A DNA stretch of 64,000 nucleotides from Phaeosaccion multiseriatum (GCA_965112735.1 OZ218954.1:3782001-3846000), one strand, 5' to 3'. Shown: positions 35,002-48,369, counted from the stretch's first letter. Notes: a model not told the origin generated them from the letters alone. Translations and numbers: made by a program.

Positions 35002-38000
35002 TCAGATGATGGATGCCCAATGACGCTTAGATGATGATGCCCAATCACGCTTAGATGATGATGCCCAATCGGGCTCAGATGATGATACCCAATCGGGCTC
35101 AGATGATGATACCCAATCAGGCTCAGATGATGATACCCAATCAGGCTCAGATGACAGACGTGGCTGGGTGGTCGATGGGATGGCAGGGGCCGAAGGGCAT
35201 ATCGGCACGTGCATGCCCTTCCTTTCGCGACGCGGAAGCCTGGATGGACGCGTGGAGGGAGAGGGAGAGGGAAAGGGAGAGAGACAGAGAGAGGAGTACA
35301 CGCGGGCACAGACAAGGGCACTCCGAGTCAGGCCAGAGTCAAGGTGAGGGAAGGGAGGAGTCAAAGGGGCTGTGCTGTGTCAACTCCCCTCACCTCGCCG
35401 CTCTTCCTTTGCCTGCCCACTGCCCACTGCCCACTGCTGCTTCATGTTGGCTCCTCCTTACCTGCCAGTCGCCGAACCCCGTGCTGCCCATGGACGCAGG
35501 CCGGGTCCTCAACCCCCCCCTGCGGGGCAGCCCCGACTCTCCACCACCACCGCCTCCACTCCCAGTCCCGCTGCTGCTGCTGTTGCTGCTCCCTGTGCCA
35601 CCAGTGGCGGTGCTCGTCGTGGACCCCCTGGGGAAGAGCTTGGCCCCCTTGGAGGGGCGACGTGTAGCCGCTTCCGCTTTTTCATCGAGACGGCTCCGCA
35701 GTAACCGTGGGCTGAGCGTGGCCCTGCGCTGACCGGCAAGAAGCAGGCCGGCGCTGCGGGTGATGGTCACGCGCCGCATGGCCATCTCCTCATCCTCTTC
35801 GTCGTCGCCCCCCTGTGCATACTTCTCGTACTCGTCGAGGCCGCCCTCCCCGCCCCCCTCGAAGGCCTTGGACCCTATGGCTGCGATGGAGAAGATCGAT
35901 CCAAAGGCGACGCTCCTCCGCATGGCGTCACTAAACTCATCAAAGTCCACCTCTCCATCCCCGTCCGAGTCCACGTCTCGGATGGCCCCCTCGAGTTGGC
36001 TCTGTTGCATAGAGGTGCCGCACAGCAGCTGAAGGTCGTGCACGGTGAGACTGCCGCTATGGTCGTGGTCAAGGCGGTCAAACACAAGTCTCAGCCGCCG
36101 CTCGTCAAGAGCACGCATGTTGAGTGAGGCCGCCACGAAGTCGTTGAGGTAGATGGTGCCGGAGCTGTCCAGGTCGATGCTATCGAACATGCTCTGGATC
36201 TGCCCCGGGTCGAGTCTCCCCTCCCAAGCGGGGCCCTCTCCTCCTCCTCCTTCTCCTCCTCCTCCTCCTCCTCCTCCTCCTCCTCCTCCTCCTCCTCCTC
36301 CTCCTCCTCCTCCCCCTCCTCCTCCTCCTCCTCCTCCTCCTCCTCCTCCTTGTCCCGCGCTCACAAGCTGTTTCCCCTCTCCGCCCTCCCCTCCTGCTGG
36401 GCCAGTGGGCCCGTTGAGGTCTCCTGCTTGACCAGTGGGCCCGTTGAGGCTTGACGAGGAGCCGCTCTGACTCCTCTCCAGCAGCGCTCTGAATTCGGTG
36501 ATGGACAGCGTGCCCGACCCGTCGGTGTCCGCCTTACGAAACTGCTCTCCAAGGGCACGCAGTTCGTCCGCGGCTGAGGGAGCGGAAGGGAGGGAGGGGG
36601 GGAAGGGTGGGAAGGGAAGGGGAAGGCAGAGGAGAGAGGGAGAGAAGGGAAGGGAGGAAGGAGGCAGAGAAGGAGGGAGGGTGTAAGCAGGTGTAGGGCA
36701 AGCGCAGAGTATCCTTTGACGCCCACAAATCACAAATGGACTCATCTAACTCTCATATCCCTCATGGACCATCAAATGCGGCGGATCACCCGACCAGTCA
36801 CCGGTCACCTACCGAGGTTCCTCGCGAGCACTTCCATGGCGAGCTTTTTCAGGGTGTGCGTGCGTTCGAACTGCAGAAAGTTTGACACCACGTCACCGTC
36901 CAGGGGGGTGGGGGGCACCTGCACGCGATGGGAAGGAAGGAAGGAGCAAAGGGGGGGGGGGGGGGGGGGGCAGGGTGGTGAGAGGAGGGTGGGACGGTGG
37001 GAGGCGGCTGCTCAGCGTACATGCGCCGGCATCTGCCTTCCCTCTAAACCCACTGCCTTACCGACCCATTGCCTTCCCTCTAAACCCAATGCCTTACTGA
37101 CCCATTGCCATACTGACCCACTGCCTTACTGACCCAGTGCCTTACTGCCCCACTGCCTTACTCACCCACTGCCTTACTGACCCACTGCCTTACTGATCCA
37201 CTGCCTTACTGACTTATTGCCTTACTGACCCACTGCCTTACTGACCCACTGCCTTACTGACCCACTACCTTACTGACCCACTGCCTTACTCACCCATTGC
37301 CTTGCTGACCCACTGCCTTACTGACCCACTGCCTTACTGACCATTGCCTGACTGACCCACTGCCTTTATGACCATTGCCTTACTGACCCACTGCCCTACT
37401 GACCCACTGCCTTACTGACCATTGCCCTCCTGACCCACTGCCTTACTGACCATTGCCCTACTGACCCACTGCACTGACCCACTGCCTTACTGACCCACTG
37501 CCTTACTGATCCACTGCCTTACTGACCTCTGCGGATATCCAAGGGTGCCTCTGCGCCTCCTCTGCGCTCATCCTCTCCTGCATGACGGTTACAAGACGGT
37601 TACAATACGGTTACGAGGCGCGTTAGGTCTCTTCGCAAGGGGTGGGCACTGAGAGAGAGAAGAGAGAGAGACAGAGAGAGCGAGGGGGAGACACCTAGAG
37701 AGGGCGACTGCACCGCGAGAGGGAGAGGCAGAGAGCGAGAGGGAGAGGCAGAGAGCGAGAGGGAGAGGCAGAGAGCGAGAGGGAGAGGCAGAGAGCGAGA
37801 GGGAGGGAGAAAGAGACGGAGAGAGAGAGAGAGGGAGGGAGACAAGAGAGAGAGGGAGAGAGAGGGAGAGAGGGAAGAGAGAGAGGGGGAGAGAGAGAGG
37901 GAGAGGCAAAGAGAGAGAGAGAGAGAGAGAGAGGGAGAGGCAAAGAGCGAGAGAGAGGGAGAGACAAGATAGCGAGAGACCAGACCTGCGGGTTGCGAAC

Positions 38001-41000
38001 CAGGAGCCTCTTGATGAAGTTCTTGCCGACAGCGGACACGTGAGACCACTGCTTCTTGTGGAAGTGGTACTGGAGGAAGGGGGGGGGGGGAGGGGGCAAC
38101 AGCAAGACAGGTGCAACAGCAGAAGCAGCAGCAGCAGCAGCAGTTGGTGATACAGCGCACAGGGGCAGTGGTGAGCAGGAGATGAGGGGCGGTAGCGGTG
38201 AGGTGATGCCGGGGAGGGGGTGAGGGAGAGAGGTAGGCAGTAGGCGTGTGCTTGGTCTACTCAACTGAAACTGCAACATCATGAGTTCAGTTCACCTCCT
38301 TCCTTACCTTGCCATAGAGGATCTGCTCCTTGAGCTGGTCGAGCGAGCCTCCGTCGAAGGGCGGATAGCCGCACAGCAAGAGGTACGCCATGACCCCCAT
38401 GGACCACATGTCGCACGCCTTAGGCAAGTGCACGCCGGTTATCACCTCCTGTCAGCAGGGGGGGGCAGTTGGCCGTACACGGGTGGGTCACAGTTGGCTC
38501 ACAGTTCGCAGTTGGAAGATGTGAGGATGCGCTCGTACGGGAATGGCAAAGGAGGAGGAGAGAGGGAGGGAGGGAGGGAGGGAGGGAGGGAGGGGCGCGG
38601 TCACTTTACGCACGGGGTGGTGCGATGTCCTGGCCAGTCTGTGTGCTGCTGCTGTATCACCAAGTGCTGAGGAGAGGGAGCGAGCTGGGAAGCTTGGGAA
38701 GCTTACCGGGGCCATGTAGAGCCACGTGCCCACAATGTCCGCCTCCAGCACGTAGTCCTACAGTAAGCCAACGAAAATGCAGTCAGCCAATGAATGTGCA
38801 GTAAGGCAATGAGTGTCGAGAGTGTAGAGGGTATGGATTGAGAGGGAGGGAAGGAGAGATACACACAGAGTGACAGGGAGAGCGAGAGGGGGGGGGGGGG
38901 GGGGAAGAGAGCGCGGCCTGGTAATGCGATGGGGTGGGCGGGGCGCTTATGCCTGGGCCCATCCGACGACGATGCCCCCCCCCAGGGTATCCCCTCCCTC
39001 TCTTCCCCACTCCACCTTGAAGTGCAGGCTGAGGCCGAAGTCCACGAGTTTGACATCCGCGTCGTCGCCGCGGTGTGACATGAGCACATTGTCAAGCTTC
39101 AGGTCCCGGTGGGCTGAGGGCCGGGGGGCGGGGAGAGTAGCGACATGGAGTAGGAAGGCGGGGAACGCAGAGGGTGTGGGGGTATGGGGGTATCGGCCAA
39201 GTGAGATTGGCCGAGGTCCACAGGATAACAAATCAAAAAGCCTGCCCTCCCCTCCCCTCCCCTCCCCTCCCACCCTCTTCCTCCCTCTCGCCTGACCTAT
39301 TCCGTGTTCGTGGCAGTAGCGAATGCTGTACACCAGCTTCTTGATGATCCTGGCGGCGTCTGCCTCGCTCTTGAATGAATAACTCTCCAACAGGGTGCCC
39401 CCCGAGCAGAGGTCCATAACCATGAACAGGTAGTCTGGCGTCTGCACGCACGGGCACGGCACATGCACATCGAGGCAAGTAAGTCATTGAACAGGCGGCA
39501 AGTAAGCCTATGAACAACGGCCCAGGCTCATTCTAGCGAGGGTTGGATGGGTTGGGGTTCGTCCTCCTCCTCCTCCTTCTCCTCCTCCTCCTCCTCTCCC
39601 TCTTCCTTCTCCTCCTCCTCCTCCTCCTCCTCCTCCTCCTCCTCCTCCTCCTCCTCCTCCTCCTCCTCCTCTTCCTTCTCCTCCTCCTCCTCCTCCTCCT
39701 CCTCCTCCTCCTCCTCCTCCTCGGAATAGAATGTTTGGAATCCTCTCTATCCTCCATCGTCTTGGCCGTACCTGGTACACCTGCAAGGGCCACGTGAAGA
39801 AGGAAAGGGCACATTGGATTGTTGCAAGTCGATGCGGAGGGGGGGGGGGGGGGCGAGTAGTAAGAGAAAGAGAGCAAGAATGCAGTGTGTGTTGGGTATC
39901 GTAAGGGCAGTGCAAATACAGTTGAATGATGGAAAGGAAGTTTGAGTTCTAGTGCCAGGGCAGGGCTGTTTGAGTGCCAGTGTGTTACCCCCCTCCTCTC
40001 CTACCTCCTGTAGCCGCACGATGTTGGGGTGGTCCAAATCCATCATTATATCCACCTCCTGCAAGGGAGAGGGCACAGGCCATTTGGGGGCATACGATCA
40101 TTTGGGGATGTATGGGGGGGCGGAAGAGGTGAGGGTTGTTCGGGGGCGTCGAGACAAGAGGGAGAGGGGAGGAGGAGGAGGAGGAGGAGGAGGAGGAGGT
40201 TGAGGAGGTTGAGGAGGTTGAGGAGGTTGAGGAGGCGGGGAAAGGGATTCGGCTTCAGCGAACGGTACACATACAGCAAGGCAGGAAGGCAGCCGGCAGG
40301 CTGAGGAGGTTGGTACGTCAGCATGAGAGAGTCTGACGTAAGAGGCCTCACGCACTCACTCACGCACTCACTCAGTCAATCACTCACTTAGTCTCTCACT
40401 GACTAACTGACTGACTTACGGCGAATAACTGACTCCCTCCCTCCGCTCCTCTCCCTCCCTCCCTCCCTCCGTCCGTCCCTATCCCTACTTCCTTCCCTCC
40501 CCCCCTCCCTGACCTGCATGAGGACGTCAAAGCTGGCGATGTCCTTAACTCGGGAAAGCTCCACCGTCTTCATGGCATACTCGATGCCCGTGTCTTAGGG
40601 GGGGAAGTAGGGCAGTGCGACAAAGGAAGTCGAGGTTTGGGGGAGGTGTGAGATGGGTCCCTTAAAAGAAGGTTTGGGACGGCGTTCGTGTCGATCACTT
40701 TGATTTTGATCGATTGCCCAAAGTCGATAGCACAGCGCTACGAAGGCGGGGGTCCTCTCTCTGGTAACACACAAGCATACGGGCGTAGCCGGCCGGCAGA
40801 CAGGCAGGCATATGGGTAGGCAGGCAGGCTAGTCCTCGGGACCCTTACGTCAAGATACGTACCCCTATGTGTGACCACCTGGACAGTCCCGAAGCCGCCC
40901 TTTCCAAGCTGCTTCCCGCCCTCCACCTGTCGGGAGGGGCGCAGAGAGAGCGACAGAGAAGAGGTGTGTGAGAGAGACAGAGGAGAGAGAGAGGGAGAGA

Positions 41001-41799
41001 GAGAGGGAGAGAGGGAGAGACGAGAGAGGCGGACAGAGAAACATAACGGGCGTGACCTCCTCTTCCTTTCCTTTTAAAGCAAAACCCACACAGGACAAGG
41101 ACAAGAACCATGCGTCACTCTCCTCTCTCCTCTTGTCTCCACACTCCCCACTATCCACACAAAGTCTGGGTCTCCTCATGCCCACCCTAGCCTTTTCGCT
41201 CTGCCTCTCTCTCTCTCTTTCTCCCCCCCTGGCTATCTCACCCCCCCTCTCTCTTCCCCCCGCCCCCCCCTCTCTCTCTTTTCTTCCTCTCCCTCTCTCT
41301 CTCTCCCTCTCTTCCCCCTCAGCCCCCCCCCTCTCTCTCTCTCTCGCTCTCGCTCTCGCTCCACCCCTTTCTCTCATCCCCATACTCACCTCATAGACGT
41401 CGCTGATGGCCCGCGTGTACTCTTCGTGCACAAGGTTTTGCAGCAGATTCTGAGGCAGCCACACCAGTTGGGAATATCATTGCAGTCAAACGGACGGAGG
41501 GTCTAGCAGCTCAGCGCCTGGTCCTAGCCAATAATCAGCAGAGCCAGACCCCACCTCTCACCCCTCTTTCTCTGTACCCCCATAGCAGCAGCCCTTCCAG
41601 CCACACTCACCCTCGCCCTCCTCTTCTCGCTTTTGTCCTTGGTGAGGTGCCTCCTGAGCTGCTCCTTGGGATCCAGCATAGTCTCTGACGGTGCCTTTGC
41701 CTCCTTCAAGAGGGGCTCAGGTGGCTGGGCCCCGTTGCTCCCCCCCGTGGGACGCTCACCCCCCTCGCTTGGCAGCGGTTGGCTCGGTGCGCACCCCAT
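35002..41799 (-). CDS. Calcium-dependent protein kinase (CDPK-like: Ser/Thr kinase + 4 EF-hands, N-terminal MGC acylation motif)
   Basis: About 15 exons giving LGKGGFGTV, YAMK, HPNIVRL, HRDLKLDN, DFG, GTWLYMAPE, DMWSMG, then EF loops DTDGSGTLS, DLDSSGTIY, DHDHSGSLT and DSDGDGEVD. The last exon (35163-35002) is tentative. Confidence 0.92.
37050..37526. repeat. 16-bp intronic minisatellite (about 30 copies; gene-sense GTCAGTAAGGCAGTGG)
   Basis: Begins exactly at the CDPK donor site at 37526. Confidence 0.92.
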
Positions 41800-42539
41800 G
41801 GTGGTGCCTTGGTCGTCCTTCCGCCTTCCCCTCTCGCCACAGCCAGGATCAACTATCAGCAGCAGAGGGCGGGGAGGTCGTTAGCGATGCACCGAGGGGG
41901 CGAGACGAGAGAGAAAGCAGTCGGCGGCAGAGGTCGGATACAAAGTGGACCCGGTGTTGTAATTCTCCTCGAGGAAGTATGAAATATCCCACCCCGTTGT
42001 CAACGCACCTGCCGCTGCGGTTTTGCTCTGCGCTCGTCACGGGACAGCACTTCGAGCAGCGAGGTCCTCGCCCAAGTGCAAGTGTCTCTGTCTTGTGTCG
42101 GATCCAATCTGAGGTTCGCTGTTCCTTTCCTTGTGAGAGCCCTTGGCAAAAGAAAAATGAAGGGATCTTTTTACTTTTAGAAAGAAGCCTCTCTCCTCAT
42201 TTTTGTAGCAGAAGGTAAATCGTAAAAGGAAGGATGATGGTAGGCGATCCGTTGTTGGCTGCCGCAGGCGAGACAGCAGCAGCCAGGAGGGACGGCGTGA
42301 TGCAATTTTCAACCAGGCGGAGTACGGAGAGGGTCGAGATGGCAGGGAACGAGATGCGATTTTTGGGGCAGACGGAGGAGGAGAGGGGAAGAGGCCAGAG
42401 AAAGAGGAGGGAGGCGCACAAAGACAAAGAAAGATGAGGAGAAGGAGAAGGAGGAACAGATGAAGAGGAAGACCAGTAATGAGGCGGTGAGGAAGGTATG
42501 GTAGCGGTGTTGATGGCTATGCTCTGCCTCTCTTTGAGG

Positions 42540-44440
42540 GGGTGTTTGCAGCGGTGGGTGGGGCGGAGTGGTTCTCCACCATGGACGTGGTCAGCGGCTG
42601 GTGGAACATTCCTCTCACGCCTGAGAGTCGTCTCTCAGGCGGCCTTTCAGGCGCGGTGGGGGACGTACCAATGGACTCGGGGAGTGCAGGGGTTCATGAA
42701 CATGTCCACATTCCAGCGACTCGTGCAGCTCACACTAAGGTCTGACGTGCTGTGGAGTAGCGCGCTCGCCTTCATCGATGACGTCACTGTCTACTCTCGC
42801 ACCTTCGAGCAGCACCTCAAGGATCTGGATGTGGTGCTGACCCACTTGGGTCGCGCTGGCCGCAAGCTCAAGCCCAGCTAAGTGCACCTTTTGCCTTCTG
42901 GCGCTCTTCGCTTTCTTGGGCACACTGTCTCTGCTGGGGGTCGTCTTCCCAACGACGAGAAGATTCGCGCCATTGTCGACATGGTCCCGCCCACCACCGT
43001 CAGCGAGCTCAAGAGCTTCCTCATGACCGTCAACTTGTATCGCGACTTCATCCCTGACTTTGCGACCAAAGTGCAGCCTCTCGCTCGTCTGCAGCGCAAG
43101 GACCAGCTCTGGGTGTGGGGGGAGGACCAGCAGGCCGCCTTTCTGTGCGTCAAGGCTCTGCTCCAGCGTGCCCCCGATCCTTGCCAAACCTAACGTTGAT
43201 GCCAATCGCTCTCGAGAGGTGCGCCTCGTTCTCCGCACGGACGGCAGTGAGTTTGAGTTTGCTGTTGGTGGTGCCCTGCTTAAGGTCAGGGGGGAGGGTG
43301 ACGGCCACCTCTGTCAGAGGAGGTGCTTGGCTCTTGGCTACTGGAGCAGGACAATGGGACAATGGCTAGTCGAGAGCGCAATTACGGAGTCTATGACAAG
43401 GAAGCGTTGGCGGTGGTAGAGGCAGTTGCTCACTTCCGACCCTGGCTGCATCGCGGAGTGCCTTTTGTACTGGAGACGGAACACGCCTCCCTCAGCTACT
43501 TGTGTACTCAGAAGGAGCTCAAGTACAAGTACAGCTACTTGTGTACTCAGAAGGAGCTCAAGTCGAGGCGACAGGAGCGGTATATCACTCAGCTGCAGGA
43601 GTACGAGATGGACATTGTGTATAGACCTGGGCACAAGACCTATGTTGCTGGCATGCTGAGCCGTCTCCGTGGTGGTGAGCTGCTCGACAAGTCGGGCAAG
43701 GCGCAGCAGCGGACCCTTGCTTGTGCTCATTGTGGGAGTGAGTGAGAAAGATGGAGAGAGGGTTGGGGACAGTGACGACAGTGATGCAGAGCGAGTAGTG
43801 GGCCGCAAGCCCACTCAGTGCTACGATGGGATGGGACCTGTGCGTGGGGTATGTGGACAGGTGTTGGGTGTGTGTGAATCTGCCCTCTGAAGGTGAAGAC
43901 CACAGCTCAGAGGGCAGATTTACACACACCCAACACGTGTCCACATACCCCACGCACAGGTCTCCTCCACTACATCCTCCGTCTCCTCCACATCATTCAC
44001 ACACAGTCAACACATATATTATTACACAGCTCAGAGGGCACATGCATGGTGCAGTCGGATGCTGCCATATCTTCAGTTGGCGGAGAAGGACAGAGTGCTC
44101 CCACAGGGCCTCACGGAGGTGGAGAGAGCGGATTGAGCTTGTGACGGCGAGGGGAGCAGGCTACTATGTAGTGGATGGGACCTTGCTTCATTCAGCATTT
44201 CGGCCTCAGCAGCGAAGGCATGTGAGGACGGATGACCAACTGGTGGTGCCTGAGCAGCTTCGGAGGCGAGTGTATGGAGCATGTCATGTCATGTGGATGC
44301 AGCGGGGGGAGGCCACACGGGCGTTGTACTCGATTGTACACACCCACGGCAAAGTGGCAGCTCGATTCTTTTGGTCCGGCATGTATGCCGATTGCCAGAA
44401 ATGGTGAGCGCAGTGCCATCGGTTTCGTCGGAAGAGGTTG
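42540..44440 (+). mobile_element. Decayed Ty3/Gypsy LTR-retrotransposon pol fragment (RT, RNase H, integrase N-terminal region)
   Basis: FSTMDVVSGWWNI, AFIDDVTVYS, FLGHTVS, LRTDGS, RNYGVYDKEALAV, DIVYRPG and LVVPEQLR..FFWSGMYAD occur in RT-RH-INT order, with stops and frameshifts. No LTRs or gag seen. Confidence 0.9.
43835..43962. repeat. Inverted repeat with 56-bp arms (54/56 match) and a 16-nt loop
   Basis: Arms 43835-43890 and 43907-43962. Confidence 0.95.
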
Positions 44441-45141
44441 CGCCAGGTAGTGGGTATCCAGGTAGTGGGTATCCAGGTAGTGGGTATCCAGGTAGTGGGT
44501 ATCCCCACCGATGGGGTTGATGTGGAGATTCGCTCTCCGTTCGATTATGTGGGGGTAGACGTGGTGAGATGGCGGCAATCAGTATATGAGTGACGCTGTG
44601 TACTGCGAACGTGCCCAGGGCTGCGCCCGTGGTTGGGCTGTGGTTGGGCTGTGGCTGGGCTGCGGGCGAGGAGGGACGACGAGGCAGCAGCGAGCGAGAG
44701 TTGGGTGATACAAGATCGACCCCCCTTACGTAACATCACCACATTCTCGATGGCAGATAGCAGATAGTAAAAAAGCAGGGGATACAACATGAGAACAAAA
44801 CACAGACACTTGAAAAGAGAGCCCGAAGTCGATAAGCAGGGGGGAGTGCTGGCGGAAAAGGAAGGACAGGGGACATGGAAGGGTAAGAAAATTGGAACTG
44901 AAACTATTGCTCCTCCGGGTCCTGACACCTCGTTCTGATTTCATACTCTCTTTGGTGTACGACCCCCTGTTTTATTCCCTCTCTCCTTTCTCCTTTCACC
45001 GGATCCATGCTCTCAGGAGGAGCTTCAGATGCATGATCTGCCCTTGGTGAAGCAGTAGAGCGGCGGCTGCCGTCATCTTATCGTCCTTTACTTAAGATTG
45101 GGCTCCAAAACAAAAGAAAACTGAGGGGGAAGGTGGGGGAG

Positions 45142-47184
45142 ATGGCCCTAGTGCTCCTCCTGGGACTCTGCAGCAGCGCACTCCTCCCCATCAGAGCAGG
45201 ATGGGTGGATCCGGAGACACCGGAGGAGAATCTCCGCACGTCGGGCTTCAAGTAAGAGCTGGTCTGGGGATAGGTTGCTGGTGACTAGGGTTGACCCCCC
45301 CCATCCCTCGCTCTCGCCGGATGTCGTGAGGCTCTACGTACACTCGCATGCTTGACTGTGTGCCTTTATGCGATTTAAAGAAGACACAGAGGCATCAATG
45401 CTCGAACGTCGTCACCTTAGGCTCGCGACTGAGCTGCACTGCTTGTGGTGTCTGGTTGTGTGTGTCCCTCTCGTGTCACCTTCGTTCAGTCCCTCCCTCC
45501 CTCTCTCTTATTCTCTAGAGTCTCACTGTCTCTTCTGCCCCTCTATCTCCGTTCTCTCCCCTCCCTTTCTTCCACCTCACTTCCCCTCCCTGTCCCCCCC
45601 CCGCCGCGTCTCCCTCGCTCCCTCACCTCCCTCTCACCTCCCCTCCCTCACGTCCCTCTCACCTCCCCTGCCTCAACCCCCCCCCAGCGACGGCCTCATG
45701 TACGACCTCATCATGAGCGACGAGTTCAACAAGGAGGGCCGCGAGTTCGGAGACGGTCACGACCCCCGCTGGACCGCCATGGAGAAGAACGATTACACAA
45801 ACGCCGCCCTGCAGTACTACAGCTCCAAGGCCGTTCGCACTCACAAGGGCAAGCTTCGCATACAGACCACCAACGAGGACGTTACTTACAAGTACGTAAG
45901 GGTGGTAAGGTCTTGAGTGGCTCAGAAGGATCGAGGGGAACAGTGCTGTTGCTGCTCTCTTCTCTTCTCTTCTCCTCTCTGTTTGCTGTGTGACGTGTTG
46001 GTTGTTCCCTGCTCCCCTCCCCGCCGTCTCTTGGTGGGACCCCACACCGCCTCCCCCCCTCTCCCCCTCCACTCCTCCTCCTCCTTCTCCTCCTTCTCCT
46101 CCTCACTCCCGCCCGTCTGTGATTCCCTTCACCCTAACCCCTGACGTACCAGGCACTACGATGACAAGACCAAGCGGCAGGTGAAGGGGCACAAGTACTA
46201 CGTCAGTGGGATGGTGCAGGGGTGGAACAAGTTCTGCTTCACGGGGGGCATCATAGAGGTGTCCGCTCAGCTGCCAGGAGAGGCCTACGTCGGGTGAGGC
46301 AGGGAGGGAGGGAGGGAGAGAGGGAGAGAAGGAGAGAGGGAGAGAGGAAGAGAGCGAGGAAAGGAGAGAGGGAGAGAGGGAGAGGGAGAGAGGAAGGGAG
46401 GGAGGGGTGGAAGTGCCTCATCATTTTCCACGTCCCTTCGATCTCTGTAAATGTGACTGTCCCAAGGGGGCTATGGCCGGCGGTGTGGCTGATGGGCAAC
46501 CTCGCCAGAGCTACTTACACGGCTTCGTCAGACTTCATGTGGCCGTGGAGCTATGAGAAATGCGATAGATCCACTGAGGAGAGCAGCAATTGGCAGTTCC
46601 AGCAGGAGGTCAGCAGCTGCGATAAGAGCGTGCACTACGACTTTCACCCCCTGCAGGTGAGAGGGAGGGTGGGAGGGAAGGAGGGAGGGAGGGAGGGAGG
46701 GAGGGAAGGAGGGAGGGAGGGAAGGAAGGAGCCCCCCTGCTGCTGCGGCTGTATCCCCAGTGCCTGGAGCTTGTCTGCTGCATCACCAGCAGGTCAAATC
46801 CGTTCCAAGTCGTGCGCCGTCCGACTTCTCTCATGCACGCACGCTCGCACGCAGTCACTCACTCACTCACTCAGTCAGTCAGTCAGTCAGTCACATACTC
46901 ACTCACTCAGTCAGTCAGTCAGTCACATACTCACTCACTCACCCACTCACTCACGGAATGTGACCATGGTATTGCCCAAAGCCTCATCTGGAAGTGTCTC
47001 CATCCACTGCCATCCACTGCCATCCTTTGCCATCCTTTGCCATTCGCTAGGGCCGAGGCGCGGCCGAGATCGATATTCTGGAAGCCATGATGGGCGAGCC
47101 TCCGGACCACAAACTGCTGCGCCTCAGCGCCAATAATAGCAGCGATAGCAGCAGCGATAGCAGCAGCAACAGCAGCAGCATTAG

Positions 47185-47216
<32 letters not shown>

Positions 47217-47544
47217 TTAGCAGCAGCAATAGCAGCAGCGATAGCAGCAGCGATAGCAGTGATAGCCAAAAGAGGGTGAACATAGGTGTGCCGTACGTCA
47301 GCTCCTCCCTGCAGGTAAGGTACAGTGAGACAGTTACAGAATCAGACAGGGACAGAGTGAGGTAGTGCGAGAGTAAGTATAAGAGTGGTGTGGTGGTGTG
47401 GTGGTGTGGGGTGGTGTGGTGGTGGGGTGGTGTGGTGTGGTGGTGGGGTGGTGTGGTGGTGGGGTGGTGTGGTGTTTTGTGGTGAGGTGGTCTTGTGAGA
47501 GCGTGAAGGAGGGCGTGTGCGTTGCGTTGCGTACGTACGTACGG

Positions 47545-47583
<39 letters not shown>

Positions 47584-48369
47584 GAGATGTGAGGGAGATG
47601 TGTGGGGGGGTGTGAACATTGATGGCGGCCCCGTCCGTGAGTGGATGCAGGGTCATCTGTGAGGTGCTGCCAGAGACACACCTTTCACACCACTGCAAGC
47701 AGGCCCTCCCAGGCCTCATGCTCGAGCCTCTTTGGCGCTCTCATTCCATCCCCTCCCCTTTGCCATTTGAATTTGGCGTCTAAGTCCCTGCCTCCCTCCC
47801 TCCCTCCCTCCCTCCCTCCCTGCCTGCCTGCCTGCCTCCCTCCCTCCCTCCCTCCCTCCTTCCCTCCCCTCCCTCTCTTCCCTGCCTGCCTCCCTCCCCT
47901 CCCTCTCTCTCTGCCTGACTGCCTGCCTGCCTCCCTCCCTCCCTCCCCCCCACCCCACCCCACCGCAGATCGCCCCTGGGCGTGCGGAGGGCAGACCCAT
48001 TGAAGGGGAGTTGCCTGAACCCGGCAAGTGGTACGAGGAAGACATTACGTACGGTACCAACACGTCCCTCAACACGTACTTCTACGGCTCGCACCTCCTA
48101 CACAAGCCTGTGAGTGGGTTGTGTTAACGGTCGCAATGGGTGTTGACAGATAACAGTAGGTGTGGGTAGCAGTTAACTGCGGCTCTCACCTCCTCCTCCC
48201 TATGGGACAGGAAATGCTGAAAAGCTCACTGATTTGTTCCCGTGTTTTTTGTCTCCCGCCTGTCTCTCGCTGTCTCACCCTCTACCCTCTCCTGTGCTGC
48301 TGCCGCTTTCTCCCTTTTCTCCCTCTCCCTCTCTGTCCCTCTCTCCCCCTCACCCTCCCCCTCTCTGCT

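Noticed and set aside
42300-44950. LTRs, PBS or TSD around the Gypsy fragment
   Set aside because: No long direct repeats could be found; treated as an internal remnant.
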